DNA from: Podarcis liolepis
Taxonomy: Eukaryota
NCBI GenBank assembly: GCA_965112155.1
Contig: OZ218107.1
Direction: 5' to 3' (one strand)
DNA: 64,000 nucleotides
Within the stretch, counting starts at the first letter, position 1, and each line of letters starts with the position of its first letter. Shown piece by piece: positions 24,346 through 36,489 of the stretch. Position numbers and translations under genes: made by a program. A model generated the notes under the pieces. The model did not search any database. It worked only from the letters and a program-made list of their open reading frames with translations, and had not been told where the DNA came from.

Positions 24346-25470
24346 GACACACTGTAGCATTTTGGGAGCAAAAAAAAAACTTATTTTCTCAAGACTTTTT
24401 GTACTGAAGACAATTTTTTTTGAATCTTTCTTAGCAGAACATTTTTCCCTGGAATACATCTGAACTCTGCAGCAGTAGTTTGTGGTTTTAAAAATGAGAA
24501 ACCAACAAAATGAACCTGAGGGACAATAGAATACAAAGAAAATATATTTTTGTTATGGCTGGGGTCATAACCAGTCCTTTTACTTGTTTTTGTTTTCCCT
24601 TCGCGTGCGTTGGGGAGGTGCTTGGGAGGGGATAGTTATTTGGCTGCTGACCAAATGGCTTCCTTCTCTAGCCTCCAATAGGTTTTATTTTTTTTTTAAA
24701 TTAATGAAAATATGTAATATTGATAGTTATAATTTACTGAGGCAGATGGTTAACTTTTTTCCCTATTCTGGTTTTTCTCATGCCTACTGCAAAAAAGAAA
24801 AAAAGAAAAACAGAAAAAACAGAACATTTCCTAAAACTGGAGGACAAAAAGGGTGAATGTTGCTTTAAAATACAGTGCATATATATAAATATATAAAAAT
24901 ATATATTAAAGATAAATACCAATTTTTCCTCTTTGGTTGGAAAGATGTCAATTCTTTTAAAAACTGTAAAAATTATTAAGTAACCCAGTCTCCCTCCTGA
25001 AGTCTACTTTTGTCCTCCAAGAATTTTCTATACCAGAGTCTGAGCTTAAACTTCAAGTATTAAAATTTGTACATGTAGAGAGAAGACAACTTTTTGCAAA
25101 TACACGGGGCAGCTGCCAAATGGATGTAGTATATATATTGTGGTTTTGTTTTCTTGAAAGAATTTTTTTCGTTATTTTTACATCTAACAAAGGAAAAAAT
25201 AAAGAGGGTAAGAAACTATTCCAAGGGTATAATTTTAACCTGAGAGTAAATCCCTGGGGTTTCTTCTTTATGCTTGCTTTCTCTATCCCTCCCCTCCCAT
25301 TTCCTCCTCTTCCATTTTCTGTAAAACTTGAAAATAGAAAGCAAAAAACCCTCAAATGTTGTAAATCATGCAATTAAAGTTGATTACTTATAAATATGAA
25401 CTTTCGATCACTGTATAGACTGTTAATTGATTTCTTATTACCTATTGTTAAATAAACTGTGTGAGACAGA
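24346..25470 (+). other. EP300: EP300 3'UTR with seed matches for miR-150 (TTGGGAG 24362), miR-22 (GGCAGCT 25108) and miR-132/212 (8mer GACTGTTA 25418-25425)
   Basis: AU-rich UTR; seed complements read directly; p300 is a reported miR-132 target in mammals, and function here is inferred. Confidence 0.75.
25451..25456 (+). terminator. EP300 poly(A) signal
   Basis: AATAAA in CCTATTGTTAAATAAACTGTGTGAGACAG, followed by a U-rich downstream tract. Confidence 0.85.
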
Positions 25471-28171
25471 CTGATTTTTTTATGCTTCCCTTCTTCTTTT
25501 CCCCTTCAATTGGTGCTTATTTTAAACTGGGGAAAGAAGATGGTATGCTTTTGCAAAACAAAAAACTACGGCGATCAATTTGATGTATAGTAACATACCA
25601 TTATGTGTGTTTTTGAAACATGCGTATTTTGGGCTGTAATGAAGATGATCAATGTCCATTTTGCTGTGACACTATATTCGCTTCTACTTGTGCTATGGAA
25701 ACTTTTCTTCATATCTAGGTGGGATGCTGTCTGCATATTTGATCTGGACAGCACTTGATCCTCAAAAGAACCTCCAGAGTCCAGAATACTGCCCAGGGTT
25801 TAACTATCGGAACAGAAGTGTCAAGACACCATTCCACAATTCAGTGGGTTGGCATGCAAGGCGACCTGAGGAATTTGTGGTGATTGCAGGCAAATTATAA
25901 GCATGGCAGTCTGCTCTGACACCAGCAGTTCTAATTTAATTAGATGAGTGCTGTGAAGACTGAGCCTCCCTCTATAAATGAGTGCCATCCAGGGGCAGCA
26001 ATTTGGTGGTCCGATTTTGGTCATGCCCACAAGCTTAGATGGAGAAATAGTTAGCTACACATACAGTGTTTTGTGTAGTTAACATTTAACTACTGTAGAT
26101 GCATCTTTGTTTCTGCTGAAGCGGATGGTCCTGAGAGTTTGAGGAAGGTTTTGCATTATTAAGTACTATAGAATTCCTGTCAGTTTGGTGCTTATCTGAG
26201 CTACTACATACAAGGTCTTCTAAATGTTTCTCCGCCTGTTATAGCCCTTTCTGGATTGGCTTAGTTTCAAAGTCAGGCTCTAGCCTTAGCCCTGACAAAC
26301 TCTATTTTAGAACAGTAAATACACAGGGCAATGCAGGCTGGATGGAAAGTACAGTGAAAGAAGTAAAATTTAATACATATTATCACAGATGATAAAACTC
26401 CAGGGTAATGTACAATTATTTGTGTTGCAAAAATACAATAAAAGTGGCTCTTAGAAAATTGTTGTAGGTAATAACGTTGCCAGAGGCTTTAGTTTTAGGA
26501 TGAACTCTGCATCTACAGTCCTATGAGTATTTAGAGTGTTTCCTGTCTGGGTGAAGGTGCAAAGTTGCAATGCGCTCAGTGTGATAAATTTGAAATTGTA
26601 GTTCTTCAGTAGATTTTGGAGATACAAAATTCCATTTTTAAATTGCAATTGTTGATGACACATCACCAGCTACAGCTTTTATTTTAATCTTCTATGAATT
26701 TTCATAATCATTGCGTTTTTGTACTGTCACTCTATGCATCATTCTTTGTCTCCTTGTTAGGTTGTTTTAAATTTATTAGCTTAAATCCTTTTCCCACAAG
26801 CATGCTCACACACATACATATATCGCACACATACATGTAAAATGAAATTGCTTTCCAGTTCTTGAGCCAAATGCTCATTCAAAACTGATGAATTAGAACT
26901 AACACTCACTTACAGCATTTATAACAGATGCTTGCAAACAAAATATTAAGTATAATGAAATCCAGCCAGGATTTTATAAAAACAGTGAGCAGATTTCTGC
27001 GTAAGAATTGAAGCGCAGAGTAAAATGACAGAGAAACACAGTGTCCCTAAAGCCATATAGCAGCTCCACAGTTCAGTGGATTGAAAAAGATCCCTCTTAA
27101 TTTTAGGATAGAAATTACATCAAGTTTCTATAGACTGACTTGCCTCATCCTTTCTTTTAAAAAAAGGGGGTGAGTTAATCTGACACTCAGTGCATTCTTC
27201 GGTAGCGAACTTGCAGTGCCTTTACAGGAAATAAGAGCTTACAGCTCTGCAAATCAGTGGAGGTGTACTGCCATTAAAAGATACTTTGGGTCTAAATCTT
27301 ATTAAAACAGAAAATTCTCATATCTATCTGGTATGCAGATGGGTCTAGCTTTCACAACATGCAGCTTGTCATGTTTTATTTGTAATCTGCAATGATAAAC
27401 ACTATCCCAGAATTTAAAATGTTGTGTCCTGTAGTTAGGCAGAATGAGGTTACTATCTCTTAGGCAGAAAAGGGTGAAGAAGTAGGAAGGTGATTACTAA
27501 ATGTGAAGTTCTTTCTTGGGGGAAAACCTAAGCAAAGCCAGAAGCCCACTCCCTGTCTCCAGTGTGCACCTCTGACTGACTTCAGCTCTCTTCTTGCCAT
27601 GCAGAAATATAAAGTGCATTTTCCTTCTCTTCTGCAATAATGTCAGGAATGCAACTTCCCTACCTCAGAAATGCATATGCTTCCACCATAGACATCATCT
27701 TGGTCTACAAGCCATTTGACCATACCAAGACTGTTCTTTTCTAATTTTATTTCCTTCAACTATTAGCCCCCACAAGTATGGCCAATGGGCAGGGATGATG
27801 GGAGCTGTAGTTTAGCAACAGCTGGAGGGCCAGAAGGTCCTTTCACCTAGGCTGCAAGCTTGGAAATCTTGAAATTATTCTGCAATGCCTCATCCATGAC
27901 AGCAACACTCAGAGAAGCCATCATTAAAAGAAAAAAGGCAAACCTACATTGGAGATTGAACTATAGGTGGTTTCTGTAGCAATAACTTCAAATGTTAAAA
28001 ATATATGAAACAGGCTTTTCCCTAACCATCCAGCCTGCCTTAATTCTCGTGCTTTTGCTAGTTACCATGAGCAAAATAACCACAGCTTCTAATCTTGAAT
28101 TCTCATTGTGTACAAGAATGCAAAATCCATAATAGGGATATCATAAATTCTCATATGTATGAAAATTATTG

Positions 28172-28292
28172 ATAGGTAGCCGTGTTGGTCTGCCATAGTC
28201 AAAATAAAAAAATTCCTTCCAGTAGCACCTTAAAGACCAACTAAGTTAGTTCTTGGTATGAGCTTTCGTGTGCATGGAAGGAATTTTTTTAT
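28172..28292 (-). mobile_element. Truncated Penelope-like terminal insertion with a short inverted tail and 14-bp TSD
   Basis: Nearly identical to 58486-58589; flanked by TATGAAAATTATTG at 28158-28171 and 28293-28306. Confidence 0.85.
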
Positions 28293-30608
28293 TATGAAAA
28301 TTATTGTACACCTGGGCTGCAGAGCAGGAGTACCACCTCCACCTGGTTTTCAAGGACTCCTTCAACCTTAACTATACCTACTCACGTGGGAATCTGTTTG
28401 ACATGCAGAGCTGCCATTTTTTAACTTGTTGCAGTTTTCTTGTGATGGGGGGGTGTACATGTAACAAGAGGCATTCTTTGTATCAGGTTCTTAAAAGGTG
28501 AATGAGCAAGGGCAGTACAAAGATGGCAACAGTAGACAATCATGGTCATCACTTCAAAAGTTACCTCTGATTGTTGGTACAAAAAAAATCAGAATGCACT
28601 CATTCCTTCTGATAATAGAAGCTTGACATGCAGGAAATAACACAGGAACCTAGGAAGGTGCCTTAAACAGGGTCAGACCATTGTAGCATGAGTTCCAGGT
28701 GGGGTCCTCTCCCAGCCCTATCAGTAGATGTTGGGGATTGAAACTGCCTGCATACAAAATGAATGCTCCAATTGAGCTCTGATTCTTCCTAAAGAGCACA
28801 AGACAGGGCAGGTTTTTTTCTTTCACTGGGTCTGTTGATGATTGTAGGACTACAGTACAAAGTTATGACTGACCTGCTCAAGCTATGATACAATTGAGAT
28901 ACTTGGAGACAAAAGAGAGAATAGGATAAACAAACAAACAAACAAACAAAACAATGCTTAGTGGCCCTTAGGGGGGGAAATACCCTAATTTGGATTTAGG
29001 AATAACAGAGTACAAAACTGTGAAACTCACATTTTACAAGCTTTGCATTATATGCTCACTTATTTAAAAGTTAACCCTACTAATTGCATTGGGATCATTA
29101 AACATAACGGGGTGATTACATGTTACTTTCAGTGAGTGTATAATCTCTGTAAATAGCTGGGCGGCATGAATCAACGCAAACACTTGTACCTGTGTAGACA
29201 GACAACTTGTACCTGTGTTTAGAGTACTATGAATAACCTTAATGGGATCAAGTTTCAAAGGCATTCATTTATTGCAAACTTGCATTATAGCCAATGAGAC
29301 CACTTAGCTGAAGAACCAGCTGTGTTTTGAACTTTAATGCTGCTTGGCAGAGCAATACTGTGCATGTCTTCTCAGTCATAAACTAAATGGGACCGGCAGG
29401 GAAGTATATATATGATTGTAGTCTTTGTGGATTACCTTGGAACTAATGGGGATTAAAACAAGGCAAGTAATGTGTAGCCAGAAATATATCATTTGGTTAC
29501 GGTAATTTATATCCATGCATTTTGCATAATTTAAGCTGCAATCCCATACACATTTATTTACCTGCAACTGAACTTGGTGAGGCTTCTAAATTGACAAATT
29601 TAGGATTGTACTATTCTCACTGTTGCAGCTAGTAAAGTGGAGGGCCTGTCTTTTTTTATTTCATTTCATTTTCCCAAATCGGAACTGAAATAGTATTAAC
29701 AAATGAAAATGTCCCTTTAAACTTGAATTGAGTGCCTCAGCCTCCCTCCTGTGAAAGGAACTGTTTTGTACCCCTCATTAGATGGGAGTGGAAGGGCACA
29801 AACAGCTTTCAGACAAAGGTGAGTTCCAGCATCTTTTATTTAGAAATTAATTATGGAATAATTAAATTAAGGCACATTTATTGGAACACATCCATTCAGT
29901 GCCAAAAATCAAAACCTTACATGCCAGGAAACACACTTCTCAAAACCAAGGATTGCTTTCAGCTTGGTTCTATTCAGAGCAGACTTGCTGAAATTGGTTA
30001 ATATTGTTAATGTAGGTGCATTGATTTTAATGTCTTAAGTAGAAGCTGGAAACAACCTCAAGTCCCTTTCCTCCTATAAAACCCAAAAAGCTAATTATTT
30101 TAGCTCTATAGACAAAATATAGGAGTTTAAGAGAAAGCCCACCACATCTTAGCAGTGGAACCTATTTTCAACTCAATGGCTCAACCTCAGATATTTGAAG
30201 GGGGAAAAACAAAAAGTTAGACCATATGCACCAGAAAATAATTACAACCATCTCCACATATCTAAAATTAGGAATAATGTCTTCCAGATTTTGACACATC
30301 AGTCGATGTGACAGGCAAACCATTTTGAGACCCCACATTACATATTTTATAAATCCACTGACAAAATGGACCCTAAAACAGGATCACCGGCATTGCTAAG
30401 CAAGCTAAAAAGTCTACCTTGCTTGCCATCACTGCAAAAAAGAGTATGTTGAATCACTCCCTACTTGTATTTCCCAACCAGTGGGTCAGAAAACCTGTGG
30501 CATCTACACATCAGAGGCAAATTGTAATACTCAAAACAACAACTTGTATGAGCACCTTATGGTGAACCATCATCAGATCTACCACCAGAGTTGACTAATA
30601 GTTTAGCC

Positions 30609-31443
30609 CAGTGTTTCCCAACCGGTGTTCTGCGGCACACTAGTGTGCCGCGAGACGTTGCCTGGTGTGCCGTGGGAGGGAGGCGGGCGAGTCGGGCGGC
30701 GAGAGGCGGGGTGGCGGCGGCGAGGAGAGGCCGCCCAGCGCGGTGCTCTCGCCGTCTGCCTGCCTGGCTGCCTTCGTGGCGCTGACGTCACGGGGCTGTA
30801 ACGTGCCCCACATAGGCACACGCGGGGCGGCGAGCGAGCTCCCTCCCACATCCCATCGCCGCTCGCTTCAGCCGGCCTACTGGGCTGTCGCAGGCGGAAG
30901 GCCTGCGCATGCGCGAGGTTTTCGCGCCTTCAGGATTCCCTTCATGCCTTCCTCCTCCCAGGTCCTTGAGAGCGCGGGAAGCGGCAGCGCGAGACCGGCG
31001 TTGAGCCTGGTAGGTATTGCGCTTGCCAAGGCAGTCATTTGGGAAATGAAAACTTGCAAAGCAAGCAACCAGTTCAATCTGAAGTACGTGTATGCTTAAT
31101 ATCCCGTATCTGAAACCTGTTCTGCCCCCTCCCCCGCACTTGGTGCCATTTTCATCTACACATGCAGCAGAGTAAGTTGACCCAGAATAGTACCAATTCA
31201 GATGGCAGATGGGAGAATGACAGTGCTGAATGCTTTCCCATGTAGAACAGTCCCTGCAAATAAAAACCTAGCATATTTGGAAGAGGGATGCTAGCCTAAC
31301 CATTACCTTCTATGCTGTTACTATTTTTTATTTTTTTTTACATAAGTAAAAAGTGACCTTTCCCCATCTGGCATGGTGGTGTGCCTCGAGATTTTTTTCA
31401 TGAAACAAGTGTGCCTTTGCCCAAAAAAGGTTGGGAAACACTG
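30609..31443. mobile_element. Non-autonomous hAT transposon (835 bp) with CpG-rich internal cargo
   Basis: Perfect 15-bp TIR CAGTGTTTCCCAACC; perfect 8-bp TSD GTTTAGCC (30601-30608 and 31444-31451). Confidence 0.93.
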
Positions 31444-31574
31444 GTTTAGCCAAAGGTATTTGAGTTTGCTTAGCCAACATTTGTCCACAAATTGTCTGCT
31501 GAAGAATCAGAAGTGTGAATGTGTGTGAAACACATTTGCAACTGATATCACAAAGTTGTATTTAGCTGTGTAAA

Positions 31575-31740
31575 TACTATACATTTAAGGCACATTTAAA
31601 GCACACACACTACCCCAAAGAATAATAGAAACTAGTTTTCTCCTCACAGAGCTATAATTCCCAGCAACCTTAACAAACTACAGTTACCGGGATTCTTTTT
31701 GTGAACATGCTTTAAATGTGCTTTAAAATTCTATGGTGTT
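31575..31740. mobile_element. Palindromic MITE (related copy at about 48605-48812)
   Basis: Inverted ends CATTTAAGGCACATTTAAAGCA / TGCTTTAAATGTGCTTTAAA; shared core CCTCACAGAGCTA.AA.TCCCAG...CCTTAACAAAC.ACAGTT. Confidence 0.65.
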
Positions 31741-31857
31741 TGCAGACACTGCAAAAAGGATAACTTCTTGAACTGTCATATGATAGGACACTCAACAATA
31801 TTTTTTGGGAACTGAAATTAACTGGATGTTGGCTTCATATCACCAAATTACTCACTA

Positions 31858-32083
31858 CAGTGGTACCTCGGGTTAAGTATTTAATTCGTTCCGGAGGTCC
31901 GTACTTAACCTGAAACTGTTCTTAACCTGAAGCACCACTTTAGCTAATGGGGCCTCCTGCTGCTGCTGCACCGCCGGAGCCCGATTTCTGTTCTCATCCT
32001 GAAGCAAAGTTCTTAACCTGAAGCACTATTTCTGGGTTAGCGGAGTCTGTAACCTGAAGCGTATGTAACCCAAGGTACCACTG
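31858..32083. mobile_element. Tc1/mariner-type MITE
   Basis: TA|CAGTGGTACCTCGGGTTA...TAACCCAAGGTACCACTG|TA; same family as 58443-58883, opposite orientation. Confidence 0.92.
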
Positions 32084-33423
32084 TACTGAGTATCCTGAGC
32101 TTGCTAATGAAGCAGTACCGTTGCTGCTGCAATTTGGTAGCCGATACCTTTGCTGGAGGTTTTCATGCAATGACTGCTATGAAGATAAAATCTCAGATCC
32201 CACACTGAGTACACATTGGCAAAACACAAGCTTTAGGGATCCCACCAATACTTGCCAAAACAGACTTGACCATGAATGAAAAGATGACAAACTGAAAATT
32301 GTTAATAGTTTCATCTAACACCACTTTGGTATATTTATAGAATACATTTTTATGGCTTATGAAGCAATATTCTGAAGTCATGACTGGTGTTCTTACATTC
32401 TCATAAAAAAAAAACCTGATTGAATTTGTAAGTACTATAAATAGTTCAACAATTCCACATTAATGGGGGCATCAAGAACAATTTTTGCTTGGATGGTTAT
32501 AAAGTCGGCAAAGCTTCACTTAAAATGCATAAAACTGATGGCTGCCAAAGAGCTAAGGTCCAAAATTCATGTGACAATAAATCACTGGGTCAGTAAATAC
32601 AAAGTAAATTTGGACCTGTGGATCATACTAAAAAGGTTGAAAAGCACTACCCTACCTCATGCAGCTTTCTGGAAAACTTAAGGAAGCTGGCAAGATACTA
32701 CTCCTGCTTCCCCCTTCCTTCACATTAATTCCATTGCAAGCTGATGCTGCTCCCTCAAGACACAGTTTAAATAAGAAATTGTAATTATTTTTAAGGAGCA
32801 TACATAGGTTAGAAATTTATCTCAGTACTTTTCATTCAAGAAAGAGTGAGAGTTCGGCTGCTCAGACTACAAAAGAGAGCAGTATCCAAAAAGTACAAAG
32901 CCCTGTTATGCAATTCAAACACAGGCTGTTGGGAATGAGAGTCTGAATCAGCCAGAAGTTGGGAACCTTTGACTCTTCAGTTGATGTTGGACTCTGTCAC
33001 CCATCATCCTTGATCATTAGCCATGGGAGTTGAAGTCTACAACATCTGGAAGGCCTCAGGGTCCCATAATTGAAATAAATCAGGTGGTGACCGTGATTCT
33101 TGGCTGCCTTTTATCGAGAATGGTGCTGGATAACAAGTTTGTCCTCATACAGTGAGATCTACTGAGCAAGCATTAGGTTGTTTTCTATCTGTGTTGTGGC
33201 AAGAAGCAAGCATTTCGCTATTTTTACAGGGGGAGGGAGGCGCTAACAGGCAACCATAGGCAGCTGCAATTCTAGGTGTAACGCTTTAACTGAGAGAAAA
33301 CACCCCAATTATGTGGGGGAGGGATGTCTGGCTATCTTCCCAAAAATCGGAATTTGGGGGGAGGTGGAGAATGCAGCCTGAATCAGCTGCTGAATTTAGT
33401 TTAACTTGAGGTGTAGGCTACAC

Positions 33424-33605
33424 CAGTGCTTTTTTCTAAAAAAAAAAAAAAAAGTTTAGGGGTTCTCTCATTTTGACTCAAGAAAAACACCATTTTATAG
33501 TTCAAATCATGAAAAATAAATACAGTAAATTGACAAAAGTACAAAGATTCACAAAATGTTTAGGGGGCATGCGTACCCCTGCATACCCCCAGAAAAAAAG
33601 CACTG
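33424..33605. mobile_element. hAT-like MITE
   Basis: TIRs CAGTGCTTTTTTCT / AGAAAAAAAGCACTG; no matching TSD seen. Confidence 0.65.
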
Positions 33606-34539
33606 GGAAAGAAAGAATGATTAAGATGACATAATTGTCTTTCAGAGTTCCTCAAACTAAACATTTTATTTGTTTAAAAGATAAATAATAAATGAGACCA
33701 AAAAACATACATTTAAAACACTTTTGATTCTGTAGTGCTCCACCCTTCTGTCAGTGAGCGGCTGCCCCAGCCCGCTTTTAGGGTTCTATTTTTCTAAATA
33801 TTGTTTCTGCTTATGCAAACCTCCCAGTTTCCTCAGCCCTTATGTTAGGTCCTTGTGTGAGGATAATGCCATATTTTCTACATAAGGATTCACACTCAAG
33901 AGAATGAGTTCACTGTTAGTAATGTAAGTTAGTAATAGATATAGATATAGATGTATTAGTATAGTAATAGATATTAGTAATATATGTACAGTATATTTTA
34001 TACTCTGAGCATTTTGCTAAAGCTATCAACAACAAGCGTCCTGTTATACCATTTAGATATTTGTGCAATATCTAATTTGTGCAAACTAGTGTGAGAGCTG
34101 TCATTTCTGAGCCCACAACCCAGGAATTTGTTCTGAGTGTAAGTATAGAACTGAACTCACAGTCCTTCTACACAAAACTCCAGGTTTTCCCCGCACACAG
34201 CTTTCTTATTTCAGTAGATATGTATGTATGTATTTTGGAGGGAGAGAGTAATTTTGTTGCTGCCATTGTTATCAACGAGTCAAAAACCCTTGCGACCTGC
34301 TTCAAATCACCCAGAGATCTATCAGTAAAATCCCGGTCCACTTTCTGCCTAGCTCTGTAGTCGAAGGTGGCCGCTTGCTTGCTTGCTTGCAGCCCTTAGG
34401 GGCATTTTCCAAATATTACTTAGCAAGCTCCACTGAATCCCCCTGGATAGACTGAGGAGGAGTTGCTGTCTGCTCTAGCAGTGATCAGCCCCACATTCAA
34501 AGGGCTGTGGGAGGCAATATAGAGGGCTACGTGCTCGCT

Positions 34540-35460
34540 ACGTGCCAGAACGCGAGCGGTCGGGAATGCAAAATGCAGGCGGCGCTTCGCTTTTCAGGCA
34601 CAATCCTTATAACGCAGGGCGAGCGTGGCCTTTACTAAGGATTGCCTGGCGGGCAGCTGCTGGCGCAGGAGAGCGGGTAGCGTCGAGCGCTCCTTTGCCA
34701 AATAATGTCAGCGGGTTGGAGGGCTTCCCTCAGGGACGGCTGCTGCCTGCAGGGCCGACTGACAATGGCCTGGGAGGCGGTGCCTTTTTCCCTGCAAGGA
34801 ACGGACTGGGCACATGGTCTGCATTCTCTGCACAGTAAACACCCCACTGAGAACATGAAGAGAGTGTGTTGTCGTTTTTCTCCCCAACGGGTCTACAGCC
34901 TGAGTTAAACTTCGTCGCGCCCCATAAGAACTACAACTCCCAGAACCGCGCGCGCTGTGGAGCGAAGGCTGTTTACACGCCGCTCGCCTCCCTCTCTGGC
35001 TCTTCCGGCGCCGCGTCTTCTCTCTCTGCCCATTGGGCGCGGCGGGAGCGCGAACGATTCCATGCGCTTTGGAGGTGCGCGCGGAGGCGGCGCGGCTATT
35101 GGCGACTCGTGCGCTCGGTAGGGGGAAAGGGAGCGCGCGCCGCCCGGCCGCGTCTTGTCGCTGGTGGTGTTGCTCGGCGTCTGCATGGGCAAGAGGAGAG
35201 CCATGGAGCGGGAAGGAGGCCCGGTAAGTCGGTGGTGGTGGTGGTTGCTTTGCTCGGTTAGCGGCGCGGCGGCAGTGAGGAAGGGCTCCCAAGCTCCTTG
35301 CTGTGGTGCCGTAATAACGTCCCACCTGCCTGCCTTCCGCTTATGGCGAGGGGCGGGGAGGGGGTGTTCCATGTGAAAACGGAATACAGTATATTTCCCT
35401 CATAGATGGTGCGTGCCCCCTTCCCACTAAAAGGAGCTCGCCCCACAACCCGTGCCTCTC
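34540..35460 (+). promoter_or_regulatory. CpG-island promoter of L3MBTL2
   Basis: High GC and CpG content; ZNF143/THAP11-type ACTACAACTCCCAGAA at 34930-34945; inverted CCAAT boxes (ATTGG) at about 35033 and 35098; GC box GGGGCGGGG at about 35350; spans coding exon 1. Confidence 0.88.
35203..35223 (+). CDS. L3MBTL2: L3MBTL2 exon 1 coding part (MEREGGP)
   Basis: Strong Kozak GCCATGG and strong donor CCG|gtaagt; phase 0 matches exon 2; an in-frame upstream ATG at 35185 would add MGKRRA. Confidence 0.8.
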
Positions 35461-36371
35461 TTTCTCCACTGCCCTTCTTGCTGGACCCCTGTGTGCAACG
35501 AAAGGCACTTTTCTTTAGCCCTAAACGGTATCAAATAAGCTTCCTTGAAAGTTAACTCGCTTGTCTTTTTCTCTCTTTTACTTTCAAAGACAGTTGCTCC
35601 TAGTCTAGATAGATAGATAGATGGATAGATATGGATATTGGAAGCAATTCATTGAATACTTGTTACTTCCTCAATCAAAAGGTGGTTTTTGTAATGCTAT
35701 GTCTATTTTTTTTACAAATCAGATTATATATAGTGTATTATATGAGTCGATACACAAGTGTATTTTAGGTTATAGAGGTTCTTTTTTCTAGGCGTTTTAT
35801 ATTTTCTTTATTGGTTATAATTATAAATAATAATAAATATAGGTTTTCCTTTAGGGAAAATATTTTTTTTGATGGGAGCCTTAATGTTACTTAAATATAC
35901 TGTTATTTACCTTTTTAGAAAACCAACATGTGGGACAAAGCTCACTCCCTCCCCAAAATGCATTTTACTCCTTCTGTGCTCTCCTCAGTATGCCTTGTTT
36001 CCAGTATCAATGCTATATTTACTTTGTATTGCTGCCCTTGACAAAAAATAAAAATAGACTGAAATTTTTGAGTGTTGAAAGTGTTGCCCCCCCCCACTGA
36101 ATCCATGTGACTGATGCTCCCAACTATATTATTATGTGAATGATCCTGCACACATGTAAGTTTCCTTTAAGTATTGAAAGATGTATGTGGGACAGCGCTA
36201 GCATATTGGCTAATTACCGTACCTCCTGGCTTTGCTTTGTGTGCAATTCGCTGCTTCTTGCTTATCAAACAGCTTATTAAATTTGTAACTGGCTGCTATT
36301 AAAACTAAATGACAGGTTTCAAAGTGAACAGTTAAATATCAGTAGAATAAGAGTAACATCCAGCTGCTGTT

Positions 36372-36489
36372 TACAGGTAGGTAGCCGTGTTTGTCTGCCG
36401 TAGTCGAAACAAAACAAAAAAAATTCCTTCCAGTAGCACCTTAGAGACCAACTAAGTTTGTTATTGGTATGAGCTTTCGTGTGCATGCA
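36372..36489 (-). mobile_element. Truncated Penelope-like terminal fragment in L3MBTL2 intron 1
   Basis: Reverse complement of 36421-36489 matches 39073-39141 with 3 mismatches in 69 nt; possible TSD CATCCAGCT (36357 and 36488). Confidence 0.85.

Noticed and set aside
34542-35446. ORFs up to 205 aa in the CpG island
   Set aside because: Stop-poor GC-rich promoter sequence giving R/A/G/P-rich translations with no domain features; an antisense non-coding transcript cannot be excluded.
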